Source: the human T2T-CHM13v2.0 reference genome, Homo sapiens
NCBI RefSeq assembly: GCF_009914755.1
Contig: NC_060946.1
Length of the DNA: 64,000 nt
Reading direction: 5' to 3' (one strand)
This document shows, piece by piece, positions 12,501-25,532 of this stretch. The first letter of the stretch is position 1. Every line of letters starts with the position of its first letter. A program made the position numbers and the translations under genes. The notes beneath the pieces are model-generated. The model made no database searches. It worked only from the letters and a program-made list of their open reading frames with translations, and was not told the origin of the DNA.

Positions 12501-15500
12501 TATTCCCTTTATCACCATGGGCCTCCAACCGTCCGAAACGTCCACTTCCATATACTACCAAAAGAGCGTTTCAAACCTGCTCTAGGAAAGGCAATGTTCA
12601 ACTCTGTGACTTGAATGCAGACATCACAGAGCAGTTTCTGAGAATGCTTCTGTCTAGATTTTATAGGAAGATATTCCCGTTTCCAACGAAATCTTCACAG
12701 CTATCCAAATATCCACTTGCAGATTCTACAAAAAGAGTGTATCAAAACTGCTCTGTCAAAAGGAAGGTTCTTCTCTGTTAGGTGAGTGCATACGTCATAA
12801 AGGAGTTTCTGAGAATGTTTCTGTCTAGTGGTTATGGGAAGATATTTGCTTTTTCACCGTAGGCCTCAGAGCGCTCCAAATATCCACTTGCACATACTAC
12901 AAAAAGAGTGCCTCAAAGCTGCTCTCTGAAACGGAATGTTCAACTCTATGAGTTGAATGCAAACATCACAAAGACGTTTCTGAGAATGCTTCTGTCTAGA
13001 TTTGATATGAAGATATTCCCGTTTCCAACGAAATCTTCAAATCTATCCAAATGTCCACTTGCAGATTCAACAAAAAGTGTTTTTCAGAACTGCTCTATCA
13101 AAAGAAAGATCCACCTCTGTTAGCTGAGTTCACACATCACAAACAAGTTTATGAGAATGCTTCTGTCTAGTTTTTATTTGAAGATATTTCCTTTCTCACC
13201 ATAGACCTGAAAGCTGTCCTAATGTTCACTTCCAGATACTACAGAAAGAGTGTTTCAAAACTGCTGTACGAAAGGGAATGTTCAACTCTGTGACTTGAAT
13301 GCACACATCACAAAGAAGTTTCTGAGGATGCTGCTGTCTACTTTTTATACGTAATCCCGTTTCCAACGAAATCCTCCAAGCTATCCAAATATCCACTTGC
13401 AGATTCCACAGAAAGACTGTTTCAAAACTGCTCTGTCAATAGAAAGGTTCAACTCTGTTAGCTGCGTGCATATATCCCAAAGAAGATTCTGAGATTGCTT
13501 CTGTCTAGTTTTTATGGGAAGATATTTCCCTTTTCACCGTAGGCGTCAAGGCGCTCCAAATGTCCACTTCCAGATACTACAAAAAGAGTGTTTCAAACCT
13601 ACTCTGTGAAAGCGAATATTCAACTCTGTGACTTGAATGCACATATCACAAAGAAGTTTCTGAGAATGCTTCTGTCGAGATTTTATATGAAGATATTCCC
13701 GTTTCCAACGAAATCCTGAAATCTATCCAAATATCCCCTCGCAGATTCTACAAAAAGAGTGTTTCAAAACTGCTCTGTAAAAAGAAAGGTTCAACTCTGT
13801 TAGTTGAGTACACACATCACAAACAAGTTTCACAGAATGCTTCTTTCTAGCTTGTAGGGGAAGATATTCCCTTTATCACCATGGGCCTCCAACCGTCCGA
13901 AACGTCCACTTCCATATACTACCAAAAGAGCGTTTCAAACCTGCTCTAGGAAAGGCAATGTTCAACTCTGTGACTTGAATGCAAACATCACAGAGCAGTT
14001 TCTGAGAATGCTTCTGTCTAGATTTTATAGGAAGATATTCCCGTTTCCAACGAAATCTTCACAGCTATCCAAATATCCACTTGCAGATTCTACAAAAAGA
14101 GTGTATCAAAACTGCTCTGTCAAAAGGAAGGTTCTTCTCTGTTAGGTGAGTGCATACGTCATAAAGGAGTTTCTGAGAATGTTTCTGTCTAGTGGTTATG
14201 GGAAGATATTTGCTTTTTCACCGTAGGCCTCAGAGCGCTCCAAATATCCACTTGCACATACTACAAAAAGAGTGCCTCAAAGCTGCTCTCTGAAACGGAA
14301 TGTTCAACTCTATGAGTTGAATGCAAACATCACAAAGACGTTTCTGAGAATGCTTCTGTCTAGATTTGATATGAAGATATTCCCGTTTCCAACGAAATCT
14401 TCAAATCTATCCAAATGTCCACTTGCATAATCAACAAAAAGTGTTTTTCAGAACTGCTCTATCAAAAGAAAGATCCACCTCTGTTAGCTGAGTTCACACA
14501 TCACAAACAAGTTTATGAGAATGCTTCTGTCTAGTTTTTATTTGAAGATATTTCCTTTCTCACCATAGACCTGAAAGCTGTCCTAATGTTCACTTCCAGA
14601 TACTACAGAAAGAGTGTTTAAAAACTGCTGTACGAAAGGGAATGTTCAACTCTGTGACTTGAATGCACACATCACAAAGAAGTTTCTGAGGATGCTGCTG
14701 TCTACTTTTTATACGTAATCCCGTTTCCAACGAAATCCTCCAAGCTATCCAAATATCCACTTGCAGATTCCACAGAAAGACTGTTTCAAAACTGCTCTGT
14801 CAATAGAAAGGTTCAACTCTGTTAGCTGCGTGCATATATCCCAAAGAAGATTCTGAGATTGCTTCTGTCTAGTTTTTATGGGAAGATATTTCCCTTTTCA
14901 CCGTAGGCGTCAAGGCGCTCCAAATGTCCACTTCCAGACACTACAAAAAGAGTGTTTCAAACCTACTCTGTGAAAGCGAATATTCAACTCTGTGATTTGA
15001 ATGCACATATCACAAAGAAGTTTCTGAGAATGCTTCTGTCGAGATTTTATATGAAGATATTCCCGTTTCCAACGAAATCCTGAAATCTATCCAAATATCC
15101 CCTCGCAGATTCTACAAAAAGAGTGTTTCAAAACTGCTCTGTAAAAAGAAAGGTTCAACTCTGTTAGTTGAGTACACACATCACAAACAAGTTTCACAGA
15201 ATGCTTCTTTCTAGCTTGTAGGGGAAGATATTCCCTTTATCACCATGGTCCTCAAACCGTCCGAAACGTCCACTTCCATATACTACAAAAAGAGCGTTTC
15301 AAACCTGCTCTAGGAAAGGCAATGTTCAACTCTGTGACTTGAATGCAGACATCACAGAGCAGTTTCTGAGAATGCTTCTGTCTAGATTTTATAGGAAGAT
15401 ATTCCCGTTTCCAACGAAATCTTCACAGCTATCCAAATATCCACTTGCAGATTCTACAAAAAGAGTGTATCAAAACTGCTCTGTCAAAAGGAAGGTTCTT

Positions 15501-18500
15501 CTCTGTTAGGTGAGTGCATACGTCATAAAGGAGTTTCTGAGAATGTTTCTGTCTAGTGGTTATGGGAAGATATTTGCTTTTTCACCGTAGGCCTCAGAGC
15601 GCTCCAAATATCCACTTGCACATACTACAAAAAGAGTGCCTCAAAGCTGCTCTCTGAAACGGAATGTTCAACTCTATGAGTTGAATGCAAACATCACAAA
15701 GACGTTTCTGAGAATGCTTCTGTCTAGATTTGATATGAAGATATTCCCGTTTCCAACGAAATCTTCAAATCTATCCATATGTCCACTTGCATAATCAACA
15801 AAAAGTGTTTTTCAGAACTGCTGTATCAAAAGAAAGATCCACGTCTGTTAGCTGAGTTCACACATCACAAACAAGTTTATGAGAATGCTTCTGTCTAGTT
15901 TTTATTTGAAGATATTTCCTTTCTCACCATAGACCTGAAAGCTGTCCTAATGTTCACTTCCAGATACTACAGAAAGAGTGTTTCAAAACTGCTCTACGAA
16001 AGGGAATTTTCAACTCTGTGACTTGAATGCACACATCACAAAGAAGTTTCTGAGGATGCTGCTGTCTACTTTTTATACGTAATCCCGTTTCCAACGAAAT
16101 CCTCCAAGCTATCCAAATATCCACTTGCAGATTCCACAGAAAGACTGTTTCAAAACTGCTCTGTCAATAGAAAGGTTCAACTCTGTTAGCTGCGTGCATA
16201 TATCCCAAAGAAGATTCTGAGATTGCTTCTGTCTAGTTTTTATGGGAAGATATTTCCCTTTTCACCGTAGGCGTCAAGGCGCTCCAAATGTCCACTTCCA
16301 GATACTACAAAAAGAGTGTTTCAAACCTACTCTGTGAAAGGGAATATTCAACTCTGTGACTTGAATGCACATATCACAAAGAAGTTTCTGAGAATGCTTC
16401 TGTCGAGATTTTATATGAAGATATTCCCGTTTCCAACGAAATCCTGAAATCTATCCAAATATCCCCTCGCAGATTCTACAAAAAGAGTGTTTCAAAACTG
16501 CTCTGTAAAAAGAAAGGTTCAACTCTGTTAGTTGAGTACACACATCACAAACAAGTTTCACAGAATGCTTCTTTCTAGCTTGTAGGGGAAGATATTCCCT
16601 TTATCACCGTGGTCCTCAAACCGTCCGAAACGTCCACTTCCATATACTACCAAAAGAGCGTTTCAAACCTGCTCTAGGAAAGGCAATGTTCAACTCTGTG
16701 ACTTGAATGCAGACATCACAGAACAGTTTCTGAGAATGCTTCTGTCTAGATTTTATAGGAAGATATTCCCGTTTCCAACGAAATCTTCACAGCTATCCAA
16801 ATATCCACTTGCAGATTCTACAAAAAGAGTGTATCAAAACTGCTCTGTCAAAAGGAAGGTTCTTCTCTGTTAGGTGAGTGCATACGTCATAAAGGAGTTT
16901 CTGAGAATGTTTCTGTCTAGTGGTTATGGGAAGATATTTGCTTTTTCACCGTAGGCCTCAGAGCGCTCCAAATATCCACTTGCACATACTACAAAAAGAG
17001 TGCCTCAAAGCTGCTCTCTGAAACGGAATGTTCAACTCTATGAGTTGAATGCAAACATCACAAAGACGTTTCTGAGAATGCTTCTGTCTAGATTTGATAT
17101 GAAGATATTCCCGTTTCCAACGAAATCTTCAAATCTATCCAAATGTCCACTTGCAGATTCAACAAAAAGTGTTTTTCAGAACTGCTCTATCAAAAGAAAG
17201 ATCCACCTCTGTTAGCTGAGTTCACACATCACAAACAAGTTTATGAGAATGCTTCTGTCTAGTTTTTATTTGAAGATATTTCCTTTCTCACCATAGACCT
17301 GAAAGCTGTCCTAATATTCACTTCCAGATACTACAGAAAGAGTGTTTCAAAACTGCTGTACGAAAGGGAATGTTCAACTCTGTGACTTGAATGCACACAT
17401 CACAAAGAAGTTTCTGAGGATGCTGCTGTCTACTTTTTATACGTAATCCCGTTTCCAACGAAATCCTCCAAGCTATCCAAATATCCACTTGCAGATTCCA
17501 CAGAAAGACTGTTTCAAAACTGCTCTGTCAATAGAAAGGTTCAACTCTGTTAGCTGCGTGCATATATCCCAAAGAAGATTCTGAGATTGCTTCTGTCTAG
17601 TTTTTATGGGAAGATATTTCCCTTTTCACCGTAGGCGTCAAGGCGCTCCAAATGTCCACTTCCAGATACTACAAAAAGAGTGTTTCAAACCTACTCTGTG
17701 AAAGCGAATATTCAACTCTGTGACTTGAATGCACATATCACAAAGAAGTTTCTGAGAATGCTTCTGTCGAGATTTTATATGAAGATATTCCCGTTTCCAA
17801 CGAAATCCTGAAATCTATCCAAATATCCCCTCGCAGATTCTACAAAAAGAGTGTTTCAAAACTGCTCTGTAAAAAGAAAGGTTCAACTCTGTTAGTTGAG
17901 TACACACATCACAAACAAGTTTCACAGAATGCTTCTTTCTAGCTTGTAGGGGAAGATATTCCCTTTATCACCATGGGCCTCCAACCGTCCGAAACGTCCA
18001 CTTCCATATACTACCAAAAGAGCGTTTCAAACCTGCTCTAGGAAAGGCAATGTTCAACTCTGTGACTTGAATGCAGACATCACAGAGCAGTTTCTGAGAA
18101 TGCTTCTGTCTAGATTTTATAGGAAGATATTCCCGTTTCCAACGAAATCTTCACAGCTATCCAAATATTCACTTGCAGATTCTACAAAAAGAGTGTATCA
18201 AAACTGCTCTGTCAAAAGGAAGGTTCTTCTCTGTTAGGTGAGTGCATACGTCATAAAGGAGTTTCTGAGAATGTTTCTGTCTAGTGGTTATGGGAAGATA
18301 TTTGCTTTTTCACCGTAGGCCTCAGAGCGCTCCAAATATCCACTTGCACATACTACAAAAAGAGTGCCTCAAAGCTGCTCTCTGAAACGGAATGTTCAAC
18401 TCTATGAGTTGAATGCAAACATCACAAAGACGTTTCTGAGAATGCTTCTGTCTAGATTTGATATGAAGATATTCCCGTTTCCAACGAAATCTTCAAATCT

Positions 18501-20390
18501 ATCCAAATGTCCACTTGCAGATTCAACAAAAAGTGTTTTTCAGAACTGCTCTATCAAAAGAAAGATCCACCTCTGTTAGCTGAGTTCACACATCACAAAC
18601 AAGTTTATGAGAATGCTTCTGTCTAGTTTTTATTTGAAGATATTTCCTTTCTCACCATAGACCTGAAAGCTGTCCTAATGTTCACTTCCAGATACTACAG
18701 AAAGAGCGTTTAAAAACTGCTGTACGAAAGGGAATGTTCAACTCTGTGACTTGAATGCACACATCACAAAGAAGTTTCTGAGGATGCTGCTGTCTACTTT
18801 TTATACGTAATCCCGTTTCCAACGAAATCCTCCAAGCTATCCAAATATCCACTTGCAGATTCCACAGAAAGACTGTTTCAAAACTGCTCTGTCAATAGAA
18901 AGGTTCAACTCTGTTAGCTGCGTGCATATATCCCAAAGAAGATTCTGAGATTGCTTCTGTCTAGTTTTTATGGGAAGATATTTCCCTTTTCACCGTAGGC
19001 GTCAAGGCGCTCCAAATGTCCACTTCCAGATACTACAAAAAGAGTGTTTCAAACCTACTCTGTGAAAGCGAATATTCAACTCTGTGACTTGAATGCACAT
19101 ATCACAAAGAAGTTTCTGAGAATGCTTCTGTCGAGATTTTATATGAAGATATTCCCGTTTCCAACGAAATCCTGAAATCTATCCAAATATCCCCTCGCAG
19201 ATTCTACAAAAAGAGTGTTTCAAAACTGCTCTGTAAAAAGAAAGGTTCAACTCTGTTAGTTGAGTACACACATCACAAACAAGTTTCACAGAATGCTTCT
19301 TTCTAGCTTGTAGGGGAAGATATTCCCTTTATCACCATGGGCCTCCAACCGTCCGAAACATCCACTTCCATATACTACCAAAAGAGCGTTTCAAACCTGC
19401 TCTAGGAAAGGCAATGTTCAACTCTGTGACTTGAATGCAAACATCACAGAGCAGTTTCTGAGAATGCTTCTGTCTAGATTTTATAGGAAGATATTCCCGT
19501 TTCCAACGAAATCTTCACAGCTATCCAAATATCCACTTGCAGATTCTACAAAAAGAGTGTATCAAAACTGCTCTGTCAAAAGGAAGGTTCTTCTCTGTTA
19601 GGTGAGTGCATACGTCATAAAGGAGTTTCTGAGACTGTTTCTGTCTAGTGGTTATGGGAAGATATTTGCTTTTTCACCGTAGGCCTCAGAGCGCTCCAAA
19701 TATCCACTTGCACATACTACAAAAAGAGTGCCTCAAAGCTGCTCTCTGAAACGGAATGTTCAACTCTATGAGTTGAATGCAAACATCACAAAGACGTTTC
19801 TGAGAATGCTTCTGTCTAGATTTGATATGAAGATATTCCCGTTTCCAACGAAATCTTCAAATCTATCCAAATGTCCACTTGCATAATCAACAAAAAGTGT
19901 TTTTCAGAACTGCTCTATCAAAAGAAAGATCCACCTCTGTTAGCTGAGTTCACACATCACAAACAAGTTTATGAGAATGCTTCTGTCTAGTTTTTATTTG
20001 AAGATATTTCCTTTCTCACCATAGACCTGAAAGCTGTCCTAATGTTCACTTCCAGATACTACAGAAAGAGTGTTTAAAAACTGCTGTACGAAAGGGAATG
20101 TTCAACTCTGTGACTTGAATGCACACATCACAAAGAAGTTTCTGAGGATGCTGCTGTCTACTTTTTATACGTAATCCCGTTTCCAACGAAATCCTCCAAG
20201 CTATCCAAATATCCACTTGCAGATTCCACAGAAAGACTGTTTCAAAACTGCTCTGTCAATAGAAAGGTTCAACTCTGTTAGCTGCGTGCATATATCCCAA
20301 AGAAGATTCTGAGATTGCTTCTGTCTAGTTTTTATGGGAAGATATTTCCCTTTTCACCGTAGGCGTCAAGGCGCTCCAAATGTCCACTTC
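9530..20390. repeat. Tandem duplication of a 4-HOR block (period 5456 bp)
   Basis: Rare variants pair at exactly +5456: 10367/15823, 10387/15843, 11153/16609, 11267/16723, 11860/17316, 13984/19440, 14620/20076. Boundaries approximate. Confidence 0.85.
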
Positions 20391-23300
20391 CAGATACTAC
20401 AAAAAGAGTGTTTCAAACCTACTCTGTGAAAGGGAATATTCAACTCTGTGACTTGAATGCACATATCACAAAGAAGTTTCTGAGAATGCTTCTGTCGAGA
20501 TTTTATATGAAGATGTTCCCGTTTCCAACGAAATCCTGAAATCTATCCAAATATCACCTCGCAGATTCTACAAAAAGAGTGTTTCAAAACTGCTCTGTAA
20601 AAAGAAAGTTTCAACTCTGTTACTTGAGTACACACATCACAAACAAGTTTCACAGAATGCTTCTTTCTAGCTTGTAGGGGAAGATATTCCCTTTATCACC
20701 ATGGTCCTCAAACCGTCCGAAACGTCCACTTCCATATACTACAAAAAGAGCGTTTCAAACCTGCTCTATGAAAGGCAATGTTCAACTCTGTGACTTGAAT
20801 GCAGACATCACAGAGCAGTTTCTGAGAATGCTTCTGTCTAGATTTTATAGGAAGATATTCCCGTTTCCAACGAAATCTTCACAGCTATCCAAATATCCAC
20901 TTGCAGATTCTACAAAAAGAGTGTATCAAAACTGCTCTGTCAAAAGGAAGGTTCTTCTCTGTTAGGTGAGTGCATACGTCATAAAGGAGTTTCTGAGAAT
21001 GTTTCTGTCTAGTGGTTATGGGAAGATATTTGCTTTTTCACCGTAGGCCTCAGAGCGCTCCAAATATCCACTTGCACATACTACAAAAAGAGTGCCTCAA
21101 AGCTGCTCTCTGAAACGGAATGTTCAACTCTATGAGTTGAATGCAAACATCACAAAGACGTTTCTGAGAATGCTTCTGTCTAGATTTGATATGAAGATAT
21201 TCCCGTTTCCAACGAAATCTTCAAATCTATCCAAATGTCCACTTGCATAATCAACAAAAAGTGTTTTTCAGAACTGCTCTATCAAAAGAAAGATCCACCT
21301 CTGTTAGCTGAGTTCACACATCACAAACAAGTTTATGAGAATGCTTCTGTCTAGTTTTTATTTGAAGATATTTCCTTTCTCACCATAGACCTGAAAGCTG
21401 TCCTAATGTTCACTTCCAGATACTACAGAAAGAGTGTTTCAAAACTGCTGTACGAAAGGGAATGTTCAACTCTGTGACTTGAATGCACACATCACAAAGA
21501 AGTTTCTGAGGATGCTGCTGTCTACTTTTTATACGTAATCCCGTTTCCAACGAAATCCTCCAAGCTATCCAAACATCCACTTGCAGATTCCACAGAAAGA
21601 CTGTTTCAAAACTGCTCTGTCAATAGAAAGGTTCAACTCTGTTAGCTGCGTGCATATATCCCAAAGAAGATTCTGAGATTGCTTCTGTCTAGTTTTTATG
21701 GGAAGATATTTCCCTTTTCACCGTAGGCGTCAAGGCGCTCCAAATGTCCACTTCCAGATACTACAAAAAGAGTGTTTCAAACCTACTCTGTGAAAGCGAA
21801 TATTCAACTCTGTGACTTGAATGCACATATCACAAAGAAGTTTCTGAGAATGCTTCTGTCGAGATTTTATATGAAGATATTCCCGTTTCCAACGAAATCC
21901 TGAAATCTATCCAAATATCCCCTCGCAGATTCTACAAAAAGAGTGTTTCAAAACTGCTCTGTAAAAAGAAAGGTTCAACTCTGTTAGTTGAGTACACACA
22001 TCACAAACAAGTTTCACAGAATGCTTCTTTCTAGCTTGTAGGGGAAGATATTCCCTTTATCACCATGGGCCTCCAACCGTCCGAAACGTCCACTTCCATA
22101 TACTACCAAAAGAGCGTTTCAAACCTGCTCTAGGAAAGGCAATGTTCAACTCTGTGACTTGAATGCAGACATCACAGAGCAGTTTCTGAGAATGCTTCTG
22201 TCTAGATTTTATAGGAAGATATTCCCGTTTCCAATGAAATCTTCACAGCTATCCAAATATCCACTTGCAGATTCTACAAAAAGAGTGTATCAAAACTGCT
22301 CTGTCAAAAGGAAGGTTCTTCTCTGTTAGGTGAGTGCATACGTCATAAAGGAGTTTCTGAGAATGTTTCTGTCTAGTGGTTATGGGAAGATATTTGCTTT
22401 TTCACCGTAGGCCTCAGAGCGCTCCAAATATCCACTTGCACATACTACAAAAAGAGTGCCTCAAAGCTGCTCTTTGAAACGGAATGTTCAACTCTATGAG
22501 TTGAATGCAAACATCACAAAGACGTTTCTGAGAATGCTTCTGTCTAGATTTGATATGAAGATATTCCCGTTTCCAACGAAATCTTCAAATCTATCCAAAT
22601 GTCCACTTGCAGATTCAACAAAAAGTGTTTTTCAGAACTGCTCTATCAAAAGAAAGATCCACCTCTGTTAGCTGAGTTCACACATCACAAACAAGTTTAT
22701 GAGAATGCTTCTGTCTAGTTTTTATTTGAAGATATTTCCTTTCTCACCATAGACCTGAAAGCTATCCTAATGTTCACTTCCAGATACTACAGAAAGTGTG
22801 TTTCAAAACTGCTGTATGAAAGGGAATGTTCAACTCTGTGACTTGAATGCACACATCACAAAGAAGTTTCTGAGGATGCTGCTGTCTACTTTTTATATGT
22901 AATCCCGTTTCCAACGAAATCCTCCAAGCTATCCAAATATCCACTTGCAGATTCCACAGAAAGACTGTTTCAAAACTGCTCTGTCAATAGAAAGGTTCAA
23001 CTCTGTTAGCTGCGTGCATATATCCCAAAGAAGATTCTGAGATTGCTTCTGTCTAGTTTTTATGGGAAGATATTTCCCTTTTCACCGTAGGCGTCAAGGC
23101 GCTCCAAATGTCCACTTCCAGATACTACAAAAAGAGTGTTTCAAACCTACTCTGTGAAAGGGAATATTCAACTCTGTGACTTGAATGCACATATCACAAA
23201 GAAGTTTCTGAGAATGCTTCTGTCGAGATTTTATATGAAGATATTCCCGTTTCCAACGAAATCCTGAAATCTATCCAAATATCCCCTCGCAGATTCTACA

Positions 23301-25532
23301 AAAAGAGTGTTTCAAAACTGCTCTGTAAAAAGAAAGGTTCAACTCTGTTAGTTGAGTACACACATCACAAACAAGTTTCACAGAATGCTTCTTTCTAGCT
23401 TGTAGGGGAAGATATTCCCTTTATCACCATGGGCCTCCAACCGTCCGAAACATCCACTTCCATATACTACAAAAAGAGCGTTTCAAACCTGCTCTATGAA
23501 AGGCAATGTTCAACTCTGTGACTTGAAAGCAGACATCACAGAGCAGTTTCTGAGAATGCTTCTGTCTAGATTTTATAGGAAGATATTCCCGTTTCCAACG
23601 AAATCTTCACATCTATCCAAATATCCACTTGCAGATTCTTCAAAAAGAGTGTATCAAAACTGCTCTGTCAAAAGGAAGGTTCTTCTCTGTTAGGTGAGTG
23701 CATACGTCATAAAGGAGTTTCTGGGAATGTTTCTGTCTAGTGGTTATGGGAAGATATTTGCTTTTTCACCGTAGGCCTCAGAGCGCTCCAAATATCCACT
23801 TGCACATACTACAAAAAGAGTGCCTCAAAGCTGCTCTCTGAAACGGAATGTTCAACTCTATGAGTTGAATGCAAACATCACAAAGACGTTTCTGAGAATG
23901 CTTCTGTCTAGATTTGATATGAAGATATTCCCGTTTCCAACGAAATCTTCAAATCTATCCAAATGTCCACTTGCATAATCAACAAAAAGTGTTTTTCAGA
24001 ACTGCTCTATCAAAAGAAAGATCCACCTCTGTTAGCTGAGTTCACACATCACAAACAAGTTTATGAGAATGCTTCTGTCTAGTTTTTATTTGAAGATATT
24101 TCCTTTCTCACCATAGACCTGAAAGCTGTCCTAATGTTCACTTCCAGATACTACAGAAAGAGTGTTTCAAAACTGCTGTACGAAAGGGAATGTTCAACTC
24201 TGTGACTTGAATGCACACATCACAAAGAAGTTTCTGAGGATGCTGCTGTCTACTTTTTATACGTAATCCCGTTTCCAACGAAATCCTCCAAGCTATCCAA
24301 ATATCCACTTGCAGATTCCACAGAAAGACTGTTTCAAAACTGCTCTGTCAATAGAAAGGTTCAACTCTGTTAGCTGCGTGCATATATCCCAAAGAAGATT
24401 CTGAGATTGCTTCTGTCTAGTTTTTATGGGAAGATATTTCCCTTTTCACCGTAGGCGTCAAGGCGCTCCAAATGTCCACTTCCAGATACTACAAAAAGAG
24501 TGTTTCAAACCTACTCTGTGAAAGCGAATATTCAACTCTGTGACTTGAATGCACATATCACAAAGAAGTTTCTGAGAATGCTTCTGTCGAGATTTTATAT
24601 GAAGATATTCCCGTTTCCAACGAAATCCTGAAATCTATCCAAATATCCCCTCGCAGATTCTACAAAAAGAGTGTTTCAAAACTGCTCTGTAAAAAGAAAG
24701 GTTCAACTCTGTTAGTTGAGTACACACATCACAAACAAGTTTCACAGAATGCTTCTTTCTAGCTTGTAGGGGAAGATATTCCCTTTATCACCATGGGCCT
24801 CCAACCGTCCGAAACGTCCACTTCCATATACTACCAAAAGAGCGTTTCAAACCTGCTCTAGGAAAGGCAATGTTCAACTCTGTGACTTGAATGCAGACAT
24901 CACAGAGCAGTTTCTGAGAATGCTTCTGTCTAGATTTTATAGGAAGATATTCCCGTTTCCAACGAAATCTTCCCAGCTATCCAAATATCCACTTGCAGAT
25001 TCTACAAAAAGAGTGTATCAAAACTGCTCTGTCAAAAGGAAGGTTCTTCTCTGTTAGGTGAGTGCATACGTCATAAAGGAGTTTCTGAGAATGTTTCTGT
25101 CTAGTGGTTATGGGAAGATATTTGCTTTTTCACCGTAGGCCTCAGAGCGCTCCAAATATCCACTTGCACATACTACAAAAAGAGTGCCTCAAAGCTGCTC
25201 TCTGAAACGGAATGTTCAACTCTATGAGTTGAATGCAAACATCACAAAGACGTTTCTGAGAATGCTTCTGTCTAGATTTGATATGAAGATATTCCCGTTT
25301 CCAACGAAATCTTCAAATCTATCCAAATGTCCACTTGCATAATCAACAAAAAGTGTTTTTCAGAACTGCTCTATCAAAAGAAAGATCCACCTCTGTTAGC
25401 TGAGTTCACACATCACAAACAAGTTTATGAGAATGCTTCTGTCTAGTTTTTATTTGAAGATATTTCCTTTCTCACCATAGACCTGAAAGCTGTCCTAATG
25501 TTCACTTCCAGATACTACAGAAAGAGTGTTTT

